From: Ionaspis alba
Lineage: Eukaryota
Assembly (NCBI GenBank): GCA_964255285.1
Contig: CAXUUL010000009.1
Location: 1-64,000, forward strand
Direction of reading: 5' to 3'
Length of the DNA: 64,000 nucleotides
The position numbers and the translations under genes are program-made. The notes beneath the pieces are model-generated. The model did not search any database. It was given only the letters and a program-made list of their open reading frames with translations, and was not told where the DNA came from. Every line of letters begins with the position of its first letter. The first letter of the stretch is position 1. Shown here piece after piece: positions 51,051 to 62,891 of this stretch.

Positions 51051-51729
51051 AAAAGTCTTCGTCTAAAGGGGTAAGATCTGTATGGGTTTTCTTTGCCATT
51101 CTCTTTTTGGCTCAGAGCCTCAGGCTCTTCTTGAGAAATCCAATTGCACCAAGCGCTCACAATTTCACATCTTTGCTTTCCTCCAAATCTGCCAAGCCCA
51201 CGATTGGTTCCATGTGCGCATAGATATACTATTGCTAGCTATGGATAAGTTGTTCGCTATTTCGGCGCATCAGGCTCTTTCCGCGACCAAGACGATGACC
51301 CAAGGAAAATTGTCGTACTAACATTACCACTAGGCAACTGGGCTCGGAATCTTCGGATGTGGTCTACAGGAGTACACTTCCAATGGGATATTTGTGTTGG
51401 AATCCAGACTTGATCTAACCTACACTATGACAGCCATAAAATTAGCGGGAACTTCATGGTCGGGGCGATGTCGTGCCAACACAGGACATGACGAGCAGAA
51501 GCTAAGTGAAGGAGAGAGAAGGGGTCCAGAATGAAATCATCATTGTTTGTCAATGGTTTGATTCGATAAAGGTACACCAGTCGCCTAGGATTCGTTGTTG
51601 TGATTTAGTGCTATGAACGTTCCATATCTAGTCATCAAAACCTACTCATCATTGAACAGAACAGCAGCCTGTACGCCCTTGGAGCCGACAGGGTTGAGAT
51701 ATCTCGTCTACCATCGAGGCTTTCATTTG

Positions 51730-51989
51730 TCAAAGCAAGCAAACTCTGAAAACAAGCTCGCTAGTCTGCGCAAGAGAATGGCTGTCCTTGCTGCCTCCTA
51801 TATTCCCCCAGTTCTGAAAAACTCGTTTCTGTTGCGCAGCTTTCTTATCTTTGCAAGGCTGAGAATCCTCCTGCGCGTTGAATATTTTACTCCAGGCACG
51901 CAAGGGGCCTTTTAGCATCTCGTGAACACTGCATTCGAATGAATCATGTGGCCGCATAGTGTATAGGTTAAGTGTTCGAACCAGCACAT
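51730..51989 (-). pseudogene. Disabled paralog of the small M-C-x9-C-G-H Cys-rich protein
   Basis: ATG 51989: MCWFEHLTYTLCGHMIHSNAVFTRC*KAPC, TAA at 51912-51914; the remainder (SQPCKDKK) lies in a shifted frame; 5' UTR intron-like 52020-52070. Confidence 0.6.
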
Positions 51990-52940
51990 GTTTGATGGTC
52001 TGTATTGTTCCCGGCTCTGCTGAATTGTCAGTGGTGTTGCGATGAGTGGAACGAGCGGTCTCCGGCTTACCTGATATGTGCAATAAGCTGATCAGCTTTC
52101 TTCGAGGTGATGGTTTCGAAAGAGTATCATAAGATTGATGAGAATTCAGAAGATTATTTGAGGGAAGAGATTGGTTGGGGAAAGAGGAGGAGGAGCGCGG
52201 TTTTTTGCCTTCTTATAGTGTTGATCATAATCTTCATGTCCATTCTAGTAATGTCTCTTACTGTCCACGATTCATTGATCCATGCATTCACGAATTGATG
52301 TTGCAAAGATCGAGATGTTGACTTTACTCTCTGTCAGAGGAGCAATCATGGAGCAGGCCTGGGGTGGCTCACAGATCAGGTGTTGGATGAAGCTGACATA
52401 CAATGTTTGAACAGCGAGTCAGATCTAAGCATGGATGATGATGGAGAGCAGATGAGTGAGTGCAAGGTCCTGTTCTTTCAAACCTCTTTATTTGGTGTTG
52501 TCGAGTCCCGTCACGTTTATGGCCGTAATAATTTGGTTATGCATGCTATTTATACGCCACTAATTTGTTCGTCAAGGCATCCACACATCCGCCAAAATTT
52601 GACGTGAGCAGGAACAGGCCAGGGAACATGATATTCAGGTCAACTCCTGCGGCTCATGATAACGCAATGTACGGGAGTTAACGATCAAGCGGATGGCGCA
52701 GCTTGTCAGTCGACTCAGAGAGTCTCCTATCTTAATATCCGGCTAGATTGTCTGACCACCGTTACTGTTCTAGTATTCACATGAATCGGAACTTCCAAGA
52801 GAAAGGAATAATCAAGCAGGCATGCACGCCCATCGGATCCTGTATTTTGCATTCAAACATTCAAAATAGCTAAACTTCCAAGCCGTAAGTTACGACAAAA
52901 TCTTGTGCACCGTCAGTCCAAAGGCACCTCTAGCCGCAGA

Positions 52941-53141
52941 TCACCGTGGTGGACCCAATTCTAAGCCTTCCTTCACTCTCTGCTTGTGGCACCTGGGGCA
53001 CCATCCAAGAACTTTCAGGTGTACTGATATGTAGCCATGACACGGCTCAGTGTTGCACTTCTCTGCACGATTAGGGTCATCATTCGGGAAGCGATCCCAG
53101 TGGCCACACCAGGAGAATTCCTTGAAGAACATCTTGCACAT
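52941..53141 (-). CDS. Small (66 aa) Cys/His-rich putative zinc-binding protein
   Basis: CTCAAGATG start; MCKMFFKEFSWCGH..CNTEPC..CPRC; upstream intron-like segment 53394-53457. Confidence 0.7.
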   Translation of the reverse strand: MCKMFFKEFSWCGHWDRFPNDDPNRAEKCNTEPCHGYISVHLKVLGWCPRCHKQRVKEGLELGPPR

Positions 53142-53848
53142 CTTGAGTAATGTGATCGGTCGTAGAATGTTGAAAATACTTGTTAAAGAAGGTGTAGACG
53201 TGATGCTGCACAGAAAAGTCGTTGGGTCCAAGACTGGTGTTGCTGGTGAACTTTCTGTAGAATGTGGTGAAGGCTGGTGAGGATGTGCTACTAGAGCAAA
53301 TGCTGTAATTAGGAGTTTGAGCGTGTAATGATAAAGTAAGGAGAAGAGCAACACAGAGAAGACATCCGAGCCATGGTTTATGCACCAAGGGAGCTGCCGT
53401 GAGTAAGGTAAGAAGCTTCATCTTCTCTAGTTCCGCTATGGACATTTGTCAACTCACCGGCTTGACTACTTCACTTCACCACGGAAAATTCGTGAATGAG
53501 CCTGTAAGGATATCCGGCGTCTTCACCGCTACAAGGAAGGAATTGGGAATCACCCATTGGTCGACATCAAGTGTGTCGTGACACGCATCGTCAGTCACTG
53601 ACAACCCACAGCAAGGCATAGATCAACGTCTACATTTGTATGCTGACACATTGAGCGGTCACTACCTAATCGCGACAGCCACCTTCGAGAACTGGACAGC
53701 ATAAAAATCACCATACAAGTCTTCAGCCCTAGGCTGGAGAGGGTATCTTGGTTCCTTTGCAGCACAACGCTCGCCAACTCCTCGCTTAAATGAAGCAATT
53801 GCGCAGTCAAGAAGACTCAACAAAGGAAACATAGTACCTGCTCCGAAC

Positions 53849-56135
53849 TCAATACTGCTGTAGCGTGTATCCAGACATGTTGTGGAACTTGGCACTGATC
53901 TGTTGCAGAGTTCCGCGATTCTTGCCGCTGCGGACGATACGAACCAACTTCCAAGCATCCATGTTGGCGTCAGGTGCGACACGACCATCAATCTCGAGAA
54001 CCTGTTGGATAAAGAACTCTGGATTGCGGACAGGGATGTAGTGAGGATGTTTATGGGGGTTTGTTTCATCCGGAGGTGAGCTAGGAGGAACCCAGTCGGT
54101 TTTGGTGTTTGTCTCTGTAGCTTCAAGATTCGGGAGTTCGGTTTTTGGGCTGGAAGCAGAGATTACAACGGACTTGGGCTTCGTTGCCTTACTTTTGCTG
54201 CGTGTGAGCATGGTACGGAAGACGTTACCGGAGGGTACACGGATACTGTTGCCACTCGTCAAGCCCTGTTCCTCTTTCTTTGCGCTTTCGTGGGAGGACG
54301 TGGCTGGCTGCCCACTTGGGCCAAAGGACCGCATCTCCAGACCGGCATAAAATGGGTGAACATCCTGATCCACTTCGAGAGCAGGAAGTGCAGCCTCTTG
54401 AGCGAGTTTCTCACCACCTTCAGTCGCGCCCCCGGAGAACCCATTGTTTGTGTTCTTGCTCTGGAATGGCTGTTTGTCGTCCTCGGGAGTGCTGTCCTTT
54501 AGACTTCTCTTTCTGAGCTGACGACGCCTGGGCTTCCGCTTAAGAGGTCTGAACACTTTGTCCTGGTCAGGTGGAATCTCTAGAATGCAGACCATATTCT
54601 TGATCTGCACGACCTGTGAAACGGGTTAGCTATCATAAATTTCTTGGTAGAGGGCTTTCTTACCAGGCAATTCTTTTCAACCACGAAGCCCTTCTCACCT
54701 TCCTCACGTCCAAAGACCTGTGCAAAACACCAGTGATCACCAACACAGATCTTCTCAGCCCTGACTAGGTCTTCCAGAGTTTCGTCCTCTTTACCAATGT
54801 AGAATGTAGCGGGAGCGTTTTCAGCAGGAGCATCACCCTTCTGTCCCCAGTAGTCCTCAAAGTAATCGGCCTTGTAAGTATCGAAGTGACCAAGAGCCCT
54901 ACTTTCCATGGCTTCACAAGCAGGGTGTAGCCATGTCTCTCCGAGTCGGCCTTCCTGAAGATCCAGTGCGAAGTAACGAAGTGCGTTGCGCCAATCAATG
55001 TTGTACTTCAGAAACTCCGCTTTCGGCATCCCCTCATCGGTGAGTTCCATATTGTCTGGAAGAAGCTTACGGAGCTCAGCACGATCGTTGTCGTTCAGAG
55101 TCTCTGCCGCTTTGGGACTCTTGAAATATTTCTGAACCCCATCAATTAGCTTAGAGCACTTACACGCGTTCTCAGAATGCCTACTGGAAGATCAACGTCA
55201 ATGAGCTTTGACTTGTCCTCAAATAAGGTCTCAGGATCGAAGGTCACTTTCTTCTTCCCCTTCTTCACAATTCCTACAGGTCTGTTTGCCGTATCCTCGG
55301 CAGACTTCTTGTTCTTGTGCGCCATTTCGTAGCGTGCGTTAGCATCAGTCATGAGAGCGTTGAGTGCTCGGAACCGTGCCTTTACCACTTCGTACTCTTC
55401 GTGTGTATATCTATTGTGAACAGCAAAACGAGCGGAGTCTAGTTCATCCATAAATGACACAACTTCTCCACGCGTATGCATTAGGTCTTCATAGCTGGAC
55501 TCGCTTTGACCAAGACCTTTGTAAGCAATTTGGACTTCATCGATGAGAGCGTGAAGAGTCGCGATAGATGACGAACACAATGACTGATAAGACACAGCAG
55601 ACCTTCGGCCTAGAGAAAATTCCGATCTTGGACCCTTGAAAAGAGAGTGAACTTTGGCACCTGCAGAAAAGCGTAATGGAAGTGGGTGAGAAGCCGTTAC
55701 AGCAAGAGACCAAGAGTGTGGTGAGATTGCGCCTGAACGAGACTGTTCTCCTGCGACTTGGTCATCAAGTGCGGGACGGAGTTCTGGACTGCGCCTGATC
55801 TGACGAGGCGTGATCTCACAATGCCTGGTTTCGAGAGGCGTGATCTCAAAAGGCCTAGTTTCCGGAGACCTGATCGCAAGCAGGGTCAAGGTTGATGTGG
55901 AAGAAGCTGGAGAGACTTCCAGAGATGATGAGTGATGTTGGAGACAATAACTCGAAGCTGAAATTGCACCCTCAGGAGTATCCACCGGGAGGGGAACGAG
56001 TGACTCGGCAGAAGGTGTACGTGCAATCGAGTGACGTTCAGCTCTGGTCGAGCAAGATGGTGACGGTAGACTTGGAATGAGAGGTAAAGGACGGTCAGGT
56101 GGTGGACCTGGCAGTGGAGGAAGGGAGCGCAACAT
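53849..56135 (-). CDS. Asx-homology (ASXH/DEUBAD) domain protein (~727 aa) with a RAMA-like C-terminal region
   Basis: GCCAAGATG at 56135; introns 55132-55184 and 54614-54663; FLKYNIDWRNALRYFALDLQEGR..FDTYKADYFEDYWGQK resembles fungal ASXH. Confidence 0.75.
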
Positions 56136-56427
56136 CTTGGCTGATGTGTTGATCGCGGAACTGGTTCCGTCGCTTAAGCGGCGAATAGATATTCCGGAGG
56201 AGGAGATGGAGAGATTGGTCAGAGTTGTGGGAAGATCCACGGTTAGGGCTAGGTGGAGCAGGGTAGCTCCGGGCTTAAAGTGACTACGCGAAACTTTTCG
56301 CGTGCGAGACCGCGACTTGCTCGCGACTCTGCTCTGGAATCTCCACGCCCCACTACAGCACAAAGAGCCTTGTCCGTCCTCTGCTACTCATATATATGCA
56401 AACCGCCTGGAGAGATCGTGTGCGACG

Positions 56428-57322
56428 ATGGTGCTCTCTACGCAGATAGCGAGAATAGATGGTAGGCGATCCTTGTACTGCTGGACCTTTGGTCAGTTTC
56501 TGATATGTATGGTAGGCTTGATGCTTGCAGCTTCCGTGGACGACGAGCAGGTAAATATGATGGATTTCTCAACACCAGGATGGTTCAATGAGAAGGTCGC
56601 TGATATATCTTAGTCAGATGCCTCACTTGCTGACCCCAAATCCAATGCCAAAATGGTAATTCGCCGGCTCAACCGCAATTCCGAGCCTCAAGCCACGATA
56701 GAATGTGGCAAATACACGATTCAGTATGTAGCCTTCCATCTCTATGCAATCTTATCTTTATCTACGGATAATCCGCCGTTTCCGTACTTCATTACAAACC
56801 TTAATCCCAGAGTATGCTCTCTAGATACCGAATTGATGATTGATACTCATTAGCTACCTCATACAAGACTCTCTATGCTTCCTCTGCATAGCTGAAAAAT
56901 CCTACCCTCGAAAACTAGCCTTCACCTACCTCTCCGACCTGGCCACCGAATTTACCACAACATACAGCTCTTCCTCTTACCTATCCCCAACATGCCGACC
57001 CTATGCCTTTGTAGAATTCGACACCTTCATCCAACGCACCAAGAAGACCTATCAAGACAGTCGAGCCTCGCAGAACCTAGACAAACTGAACGATGAGCTG
57101 CGGGACGTCACGAAGGTAATGACAAAGAATATCGAGGACTTGCTCTATAGGGGAGATAGCTTGGAGCGAATGGGTGATATGAGTCAGAGGCTCCGGGAAG
57201 ACAGTCGGAAGTATCGGAAGGCAGCGGTAAGAATCAACTGGGAGCTGTTGCTGAAGCAGTATGGTCCTTTTGGAGCTGTTGGCTTCATCATAATATTGTT
57301 CATATGGTGGCGGTTCTTCTGA
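56428..57322 (+). CDS. SEC22: ER-Golgi longin R-SNARE Sec22
   Basis: Introns 56462-56515, 56551-56613, 56724-56853; DGLMLAASVDD, SYPRKLAFTYL, RPYAFVEFD, VMTKNIEDLLYRGDSL, C-terminal TM. Confidence 0.96.
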
Positions 57323-57436
57323 ACAGGAACGATGGTGCAAGAGATACCAATAACGCTATGCATTGAGGCCAAGAATTGAGAAAGCTTGACAGAGGCATTG
57401 TAGACAACTAGTTTCCTTAGCTGAAAGATTGACCCT

Positions 57437-59519
57437 TTATTTACGTTTCTTCGCAGCCCCTTTCTCTGAGCCTGATGCTCTGATAGCCTTAGAGGAGCGG
57501 GCGTTAGCTTCAGGAAAGGCAGCCAATGGCTTATTCGTGACTTTTTCCTCCAATTCCTCATTCTCTCCCCCTTGTCCAAACTCGTTAATTCTCGTGAAGT
57601 CCACTTTGTACTTCCAGCTCTGATATAGATAAATGAAGAAGATGACATCGTCCCGTAGAGTGGCTAGTCTATGAAGAGTAGGCATTTTGATCGTATATGC
57701 GAAAAGATCGTCTATGAATGTATTTAGGCATTTGTATGTCATCGCCCTCCCGGGCATATGTGCAACGCTCTAAAGAAAAGCGGTCAGCAGAGGCTCTTGG
57801 GAGGGAGATCAAGACTTACCTTCAAGCGGTAATTAATATACAGACTCGGAACCATCATCAAAAATCCATAAGCATAGACACTGCCGACAAGAGTCGTGAT
57901 AACAAAGCTATACCAGCTCTTGTGTGTGTCGTAAAGGACACTGTATACTGCGTAGCCGCCAAGTAATGGTACAGCTACCATGTAGAGGTATCTGAAAGCA
58001 ATTTCGTCATACTCCTTCGTCTTCTGCTCAGTCTCGGAAAGCTTGTGCTTGTCCTCGAACGTAATTCTATACGGCAGCCACGAGTCTGGTGCGGCCGGCC
58101 GAACGCGAACGTCAACGGTCTTGGTGATCTTCCATGCTTCGAGGACAATGCCCATGCCCTGACCAAATAAGATCATCCATGATGTACCGTCACTATTGTC
58201 CATGAGATACAGAAAGATGATAGTTTGCATGAAGACGTTGGCCAGGATGGTTCGAACGGAGATGCCAACGTTATCCTTCTTATTGCGCCAGTGGGACTGT
58301 TTATGTTATTTGGTATTCCTAGAAGACTCATGGAAGAACGACCTACTATATCGCTCTTGAATGCTAACATTTCAAAGATCATATGAAGAACGGTAACCAG
58401 TGCTGTGGTCGACAACAACCAGATGTTGGTGTCGATCAGCACTCGCTTGAACTCTTCGAACTCGCTACCATCACCTCCTGCCGGAACCGGTCCTCCAGCA
58501 GCGACCTGTCTCTGATTTTGCTTGACACCTTCGTCAATGCTGGCATATAGGCTAAATTTCCAGTTGTTCAAGTTGTTGAGAGTAATGTGAAGCGGGAGAG
58601 TCTTGACAGTAGAATTGAGCTCCGTCATGTGATTCCGAAGCTGCCAGAACGTGTTCACGTAAAGAATCGGGTAATACCACGCGTGCTTGCCAGAAGCATC
58701 TCGAGCTCCAGTCGATTCCATGACGACGTGTTGGCGAACAGCGGGATGCATGGCTCCGTATTGCTGAGTACCTGAATCTGGAATGAAGGACATCGTGAAA
58801 TTGGGGTGATAGTAGGAAGCAAAGACAGGTCCTTGAGGAGAGGAGTCATCTGCAGCATCGTATGTATCGTTGGAAGCTCCCAAGAGTTTCTTCGTCTTGA
58901 CGACCTTCTTCTTCGCGAGAATCTGGTTGAGGGGTCGAAAGAAATGATATGCAGAGGCAGTGTCGTAATTTTTCGCAATCGGATCCAGGGGATGGCCATG
59001 TAGAGCAATATACATATGAGCCCAAAGCGTAGCGTTCGATTGAACCTCCTCCGGCACAGAAAATGTCGTGTCAATTTCCCGCTTGTCCTTCCAATCACCC
59101 AGCTTGAAATTTTTTTCCTCCAACACAAGTGTTTCGGGTGCTACTCGACTTAAAGCAGGCATCGCAAGGGACGGCGACACATAAATGCTGATATCCAGAG
59201 AGCTATTCATCGGCCATATTGGCGTGATGGAATATGGAATCGCGATAGGACTACCCGCATCGACGACAGGTCCTGATTTGGCGTCGAATGCAGGTACAGG
59301 AGCCACGCCGGAAGACTTGTTATTTATCCCAAGGAACTTGCTTATGGCAAATTGAGCAGCGGAGAAAATTACTAGTCCTTGAATGAGGGATTTGATCGTC
59401 GACTACACAAGTCAGCACTGTGAAGGTCATCCTCCACGGTTCTTAGTGGCTGGCGTGCTTACAGTAGTGGACGACTCGGATTGCCGAGTCGCATCAGCCG
59501 GTCTGGCTGTCTGAGACAT
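57437..59519 (-). CDS. CLPTM1: CLPTM1-family multipass membrane protein (putative lipid scramblase)
   Basis: Introns 59403-59462, 58297-58346, 57770-57819; FEMLAFKSDISHW, LYINYRLKSVAHMP, LNTFIDDLFAYTIKMP, RINEFG. Confidence 0.9.
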
Positions 59520-60054
59520 GGTCGACGGAGGCTAAAGAAATAGATAGCCTGAGGAAAGAAAAGTCGATGGAGGCAGAGAACAGGTCAAGAGCACGACGTC
59601 CAAGCTAGCCTCTTAGAGTCTAGATCGCGAGAAGCATCAATGGCGCATCTTGAAGCGAAGGAAGTCCTAGGTTATACACTCGCCTAAACTTGCATGGTTA
59701 TAGCTTCTTTTGCTCTCCTGCATACAAGGGGTACAGAGACTTCCAATTATGTGGTCATAATACATTACGCAGTCTCGACCTAGCTGGAGGCATTTGTGCA
59801 TGGGAGTCAAGAAATCTATTAACGACAGCGGATCAACCGCTCAGAAAGCTAATCAGCGAAGTGGTGTTCTGAACAGTGCGCAGTCTAATATCCAATCAAA
59901 GACAGAAAGACCAAAAGTTACAGCGTGGGCGCAATGATGACAACACTCCGAAAATATCCTGCATTTCGCTCCACAAGAATCCAATTCGTCAAATGATATG
60001 TCCTCGCAAGAAAGCTAGCATAATGTTCCCTCTCAATTCTTCCAGTCCGTCTCA

Positions 60055-60609
60055 CTACCTGGCAGGCGACGGTCCTCTTGGTGAATTCCCACCGAAACCT
60101 CTTGCTTCAAATCGAGGAGAATTCCCACCCGGTCCCTTTGGACCAGGATTATTGTACCCTCCTCTGCCAGCGTTTCCGGGATGCTCGACCTCCGGTTTTG
60201 GCGACCCTCCCATGGGTGGACGGTTGTATCCTCCTCTTCCTCCAAAACCGCCATGTTCGGCGGTGGGACTTGGTGATCTCTTCTCCTTCGCGAATGTGGG
60301 GACAGGCGACTGATCGCGGGGTGAAGCGTTGTAACCGCCTCGGCCACCAAATGATGGGTGGTCACCAGCAGGCGATTGATCGCGTGGAGAATGGTTGTAG
60401 CCACCGCGGCCGCCGAAGCCACCATGGTCTGGACGAGGGCTGGGATTTGGGGAGAGCGAGCGGGGCGTGTGTGGGCCTGATGGCGGTTGGGGAGGGGTGT
60501 GGGGAGCATTGTAGCCCCCTCGACCGCCAAAGGTGGGTGGTTGGTCAGGTCGTGGGGAAAGACGCGGAGAAGAGGTGGAGGAGGTGCGATTGTGAGGGAC
60601 AGACATCAT
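60055..60609 (-). CDS. Intrinsically disordered RGG/Ser-Pro-rich protein with five GRGGYN repeats
   Basis: 184-aa ORF; repeats conserved at protein level with synonymous DNA variation, which supports coding. Confidence 0.7.
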   Translation of the reverse strand: MMSVPHNRTSSTSSPRLSPRPDQPPTFGGRGGYNAPHTPPQPPSGPHTPRSLSPNPSPRPDHGGFGGRGGYNHSPRDQSPAGDHPSFGGRGGYNASPRDQSPVPTFAKEKRSPSPTAEHGGFGGRGGYNRPPMGGSPKPEVEHPGNAGRGGYNNPGPKGPGGNSPRFEARGFGGNSPRGPSPAR

Positions 60610-62891
60610 GAATGTCGCTGTGAATGAAAGAGATGGTGATGGAGCAGTCGACGTTGTTGTGGTCTAGACTTCCGAGTATTGGCGGGGGTGGGGTACTCTC
60701 GGATGAAGCAGGGCAGATAAGTGGTTCGCAGAAATTCGGTAGAGGAAGAAAATGAATTACTTCTTGAAAATGTAGAGAATACAAAGAAAACTGAAACCTG
60801 ACCGTTCAATATATACATGTGCTCTCCGCCTCAACATTGCCCAGAATTCCGAGGCTCGAAGGCAGTCATCGCAAGGAACCTCCTAGCAGTGATCTCACCG
60901 CGCCAAGCCACCGATTGCCAAGTCGCGGACACAGCGACGACCATCCGGCGGTGACCCAATACTGTGTGCAGAACGCCCCATTGGTTTCCCAATATCAGCG
61001 GTGTTGTACGGCGGTGTGGGATCCATCCTTGGCTGTGGGAAGATTCAAGGGAGGGTGAGGATCAAGTGGGGAGTGGTTCGCATCGTCAGCCCTAAGGAGC
61101 TGAAGACCCAATAATAGCGCTGGCAGTCGTGGCTGAGTCCGTTACGGTAGTCAATTGGGGTGAACACCAACCACAGGTATGCTTACCCTCGTGCTAATTG
61201 GAGTCCCAAAAACACGGCCTTGGGAAGGATGAAGTCATGCATTGGTTGAGGCCTACAGTGGTGCCTGTTTTCAGGCATCTGTTTTCGTCCTCGGTAGTTT
61301 GAAAGGATACGGTGTGACAGTGAGTCCTTAGCAGGCAGCCATAGACCATGCAGTACGCCCGGGTTCAGTCATGAAGGGCGCATTCGAAATATCCTCCGTT
61401 AACGTGTGCACCGCACCCTACCGAAACACCGCTTGCCTGTTGGCGTGGTAGCCTTGGGTCGAGCCTAATTACCATGCATGCGCCAGAACATTACGAGGGA
61501 AACAAGACTATTTCTCCTGGAACAAGACCCTGGAACCATATTCGGGATGCATAACTTCCGCTTACCTCCTCGGACATCTCGATATACTGCCTCCCATGGC
61601 CGTTGTGCACCGAGAATCGATTGTAGGGTTGGACCTGTAGGATCGAATATCTCGGATAGGAGAGTTACATTATTCGCAGATGTAGCTGTAACGTAGAGTG
61701 GATTCGAGGACTGTTAGCATAGACACTCCTAACATTACTTGCAAAGAAACGACACTACCTGTTGTCCTTTGGATGCTACTGTCTATTCCAATAGCGAAGT
61801 CACTCAGGTTCGAGATACCCATTGAAATGCCAGATCCAGGTCCAAAGGCGTTGAACTTACCGAATGTCTACGGCCAGGACTTCGGCTTTGTGTATACATA
61901 ACTTTAGGATATTACCCAGTCTTGCCACGAAGAGATTATTGTGGCGTAGGGACGAATACTGGCGGAGTATGTGAAGTGTACCAACGCCTCGAATTGCTGC
62001 TGTTTGGTGGAAATGGCAAAATAGTAGTGCACCTCACGACATTACCTTGCGCCATCGTTCGGTTATCGAAGCGATCACTATATCAGATTTGTTTGAACCT
62101 CCTCTGAGCACGAAGGAAAGGGTGCGGTAGACGGGGAAGGGATCGTATCGACATTGCTACCGGAGGCCAAAGCGATCCGGTGGGTTGTCAGGAGAGGGTC
62201 TTCTGGCCTTCAACTGAGATATACCCATTTGAAATTGATAACGCTACCACAGACAACGTCAAGTTTTGGTGCCAAGAGCGACATACATCCTACAGATCCT
62301 TCAGGCTGATACCGTCAACAATCTCATCTCCCAACTAACCACCACGGGTCAGCGGGGCCCACACTAAAGCCAGCATCGCGACCTTCGGCGACGACGAATC
62401 TCATCGCCCTAAGCCTGAGATAGCCATCAAGCCAATATGCACCACCATGAACAAGATTCATGTTCCTCTCCGCGCTTGCAACAACAGTGCCGAGAATTCC
62501 AATGGCGACATTGACGCCAATTGCGAAATTTGTAGAGGCAGCGCAGACCGTGTGGCACCACCCTCTGGTATCGAATGGCCGATGCTGCGAAGCGCGTCCA
62601 TTGTATGCAAAACCAAGCTGCGAAACGGTACAGAATAGACTACACTTGAGCAAAGGACGGTAAGTGATGTGCTCTTTGGTTGGGCGTGGAAGAAGCAGGA
62701 TGAGGGTTTGTTTCGATCATAGGGAGTGTGCCTATTGAGTGTTTTGCCGCAATGAACGGATATCTCTAAAATTAAATATAAAGATCTTGTAACTGTATTG
62801 CAGTCAGAATAGACGTTGGGCCTGCGAAGTAGACAGTACCCAGACAGCTTTCGGTGCTCCACTCTGAAGGCCGTGCTTCGAGTTCAGCAAT

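Noticed and set aside
55132..55163. Alternative in-phase GTAAGT donor in intron 1 of the ASXH gene
   Set aside because: Would give a 32-nt intron, shorter than any other here; the 55184 donor gives the expected ASXH start
3978..56515. Six stop-free introns of 3n length (COG1 54, TACO1 57, ECI1 69, TRS120 48, SDR 63, SEC22 54 nt) that read through in the ORF track
   Set aside because: With roughly 40 introns of about 55 nt, around 5-6 such cases are expected by chance; an annotation pitfall rather than a system
474..59519. Apparent enrichment of secretory-pathway genes (GPI13, COG1, LAA1, TRS120, SEC22, CLPTM1) as a functional cluster
   Set aside because: Scattered over 59 kb among unrelated housekeeping genes; no evidence of coordinated organisation
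62435..62638. ATA-TGC start followed by C..CEIC, a possible third decayed member of the MC..CGH family
   Set aside because: No CGH motif, different spacing and no ATG at that position; too weak to call
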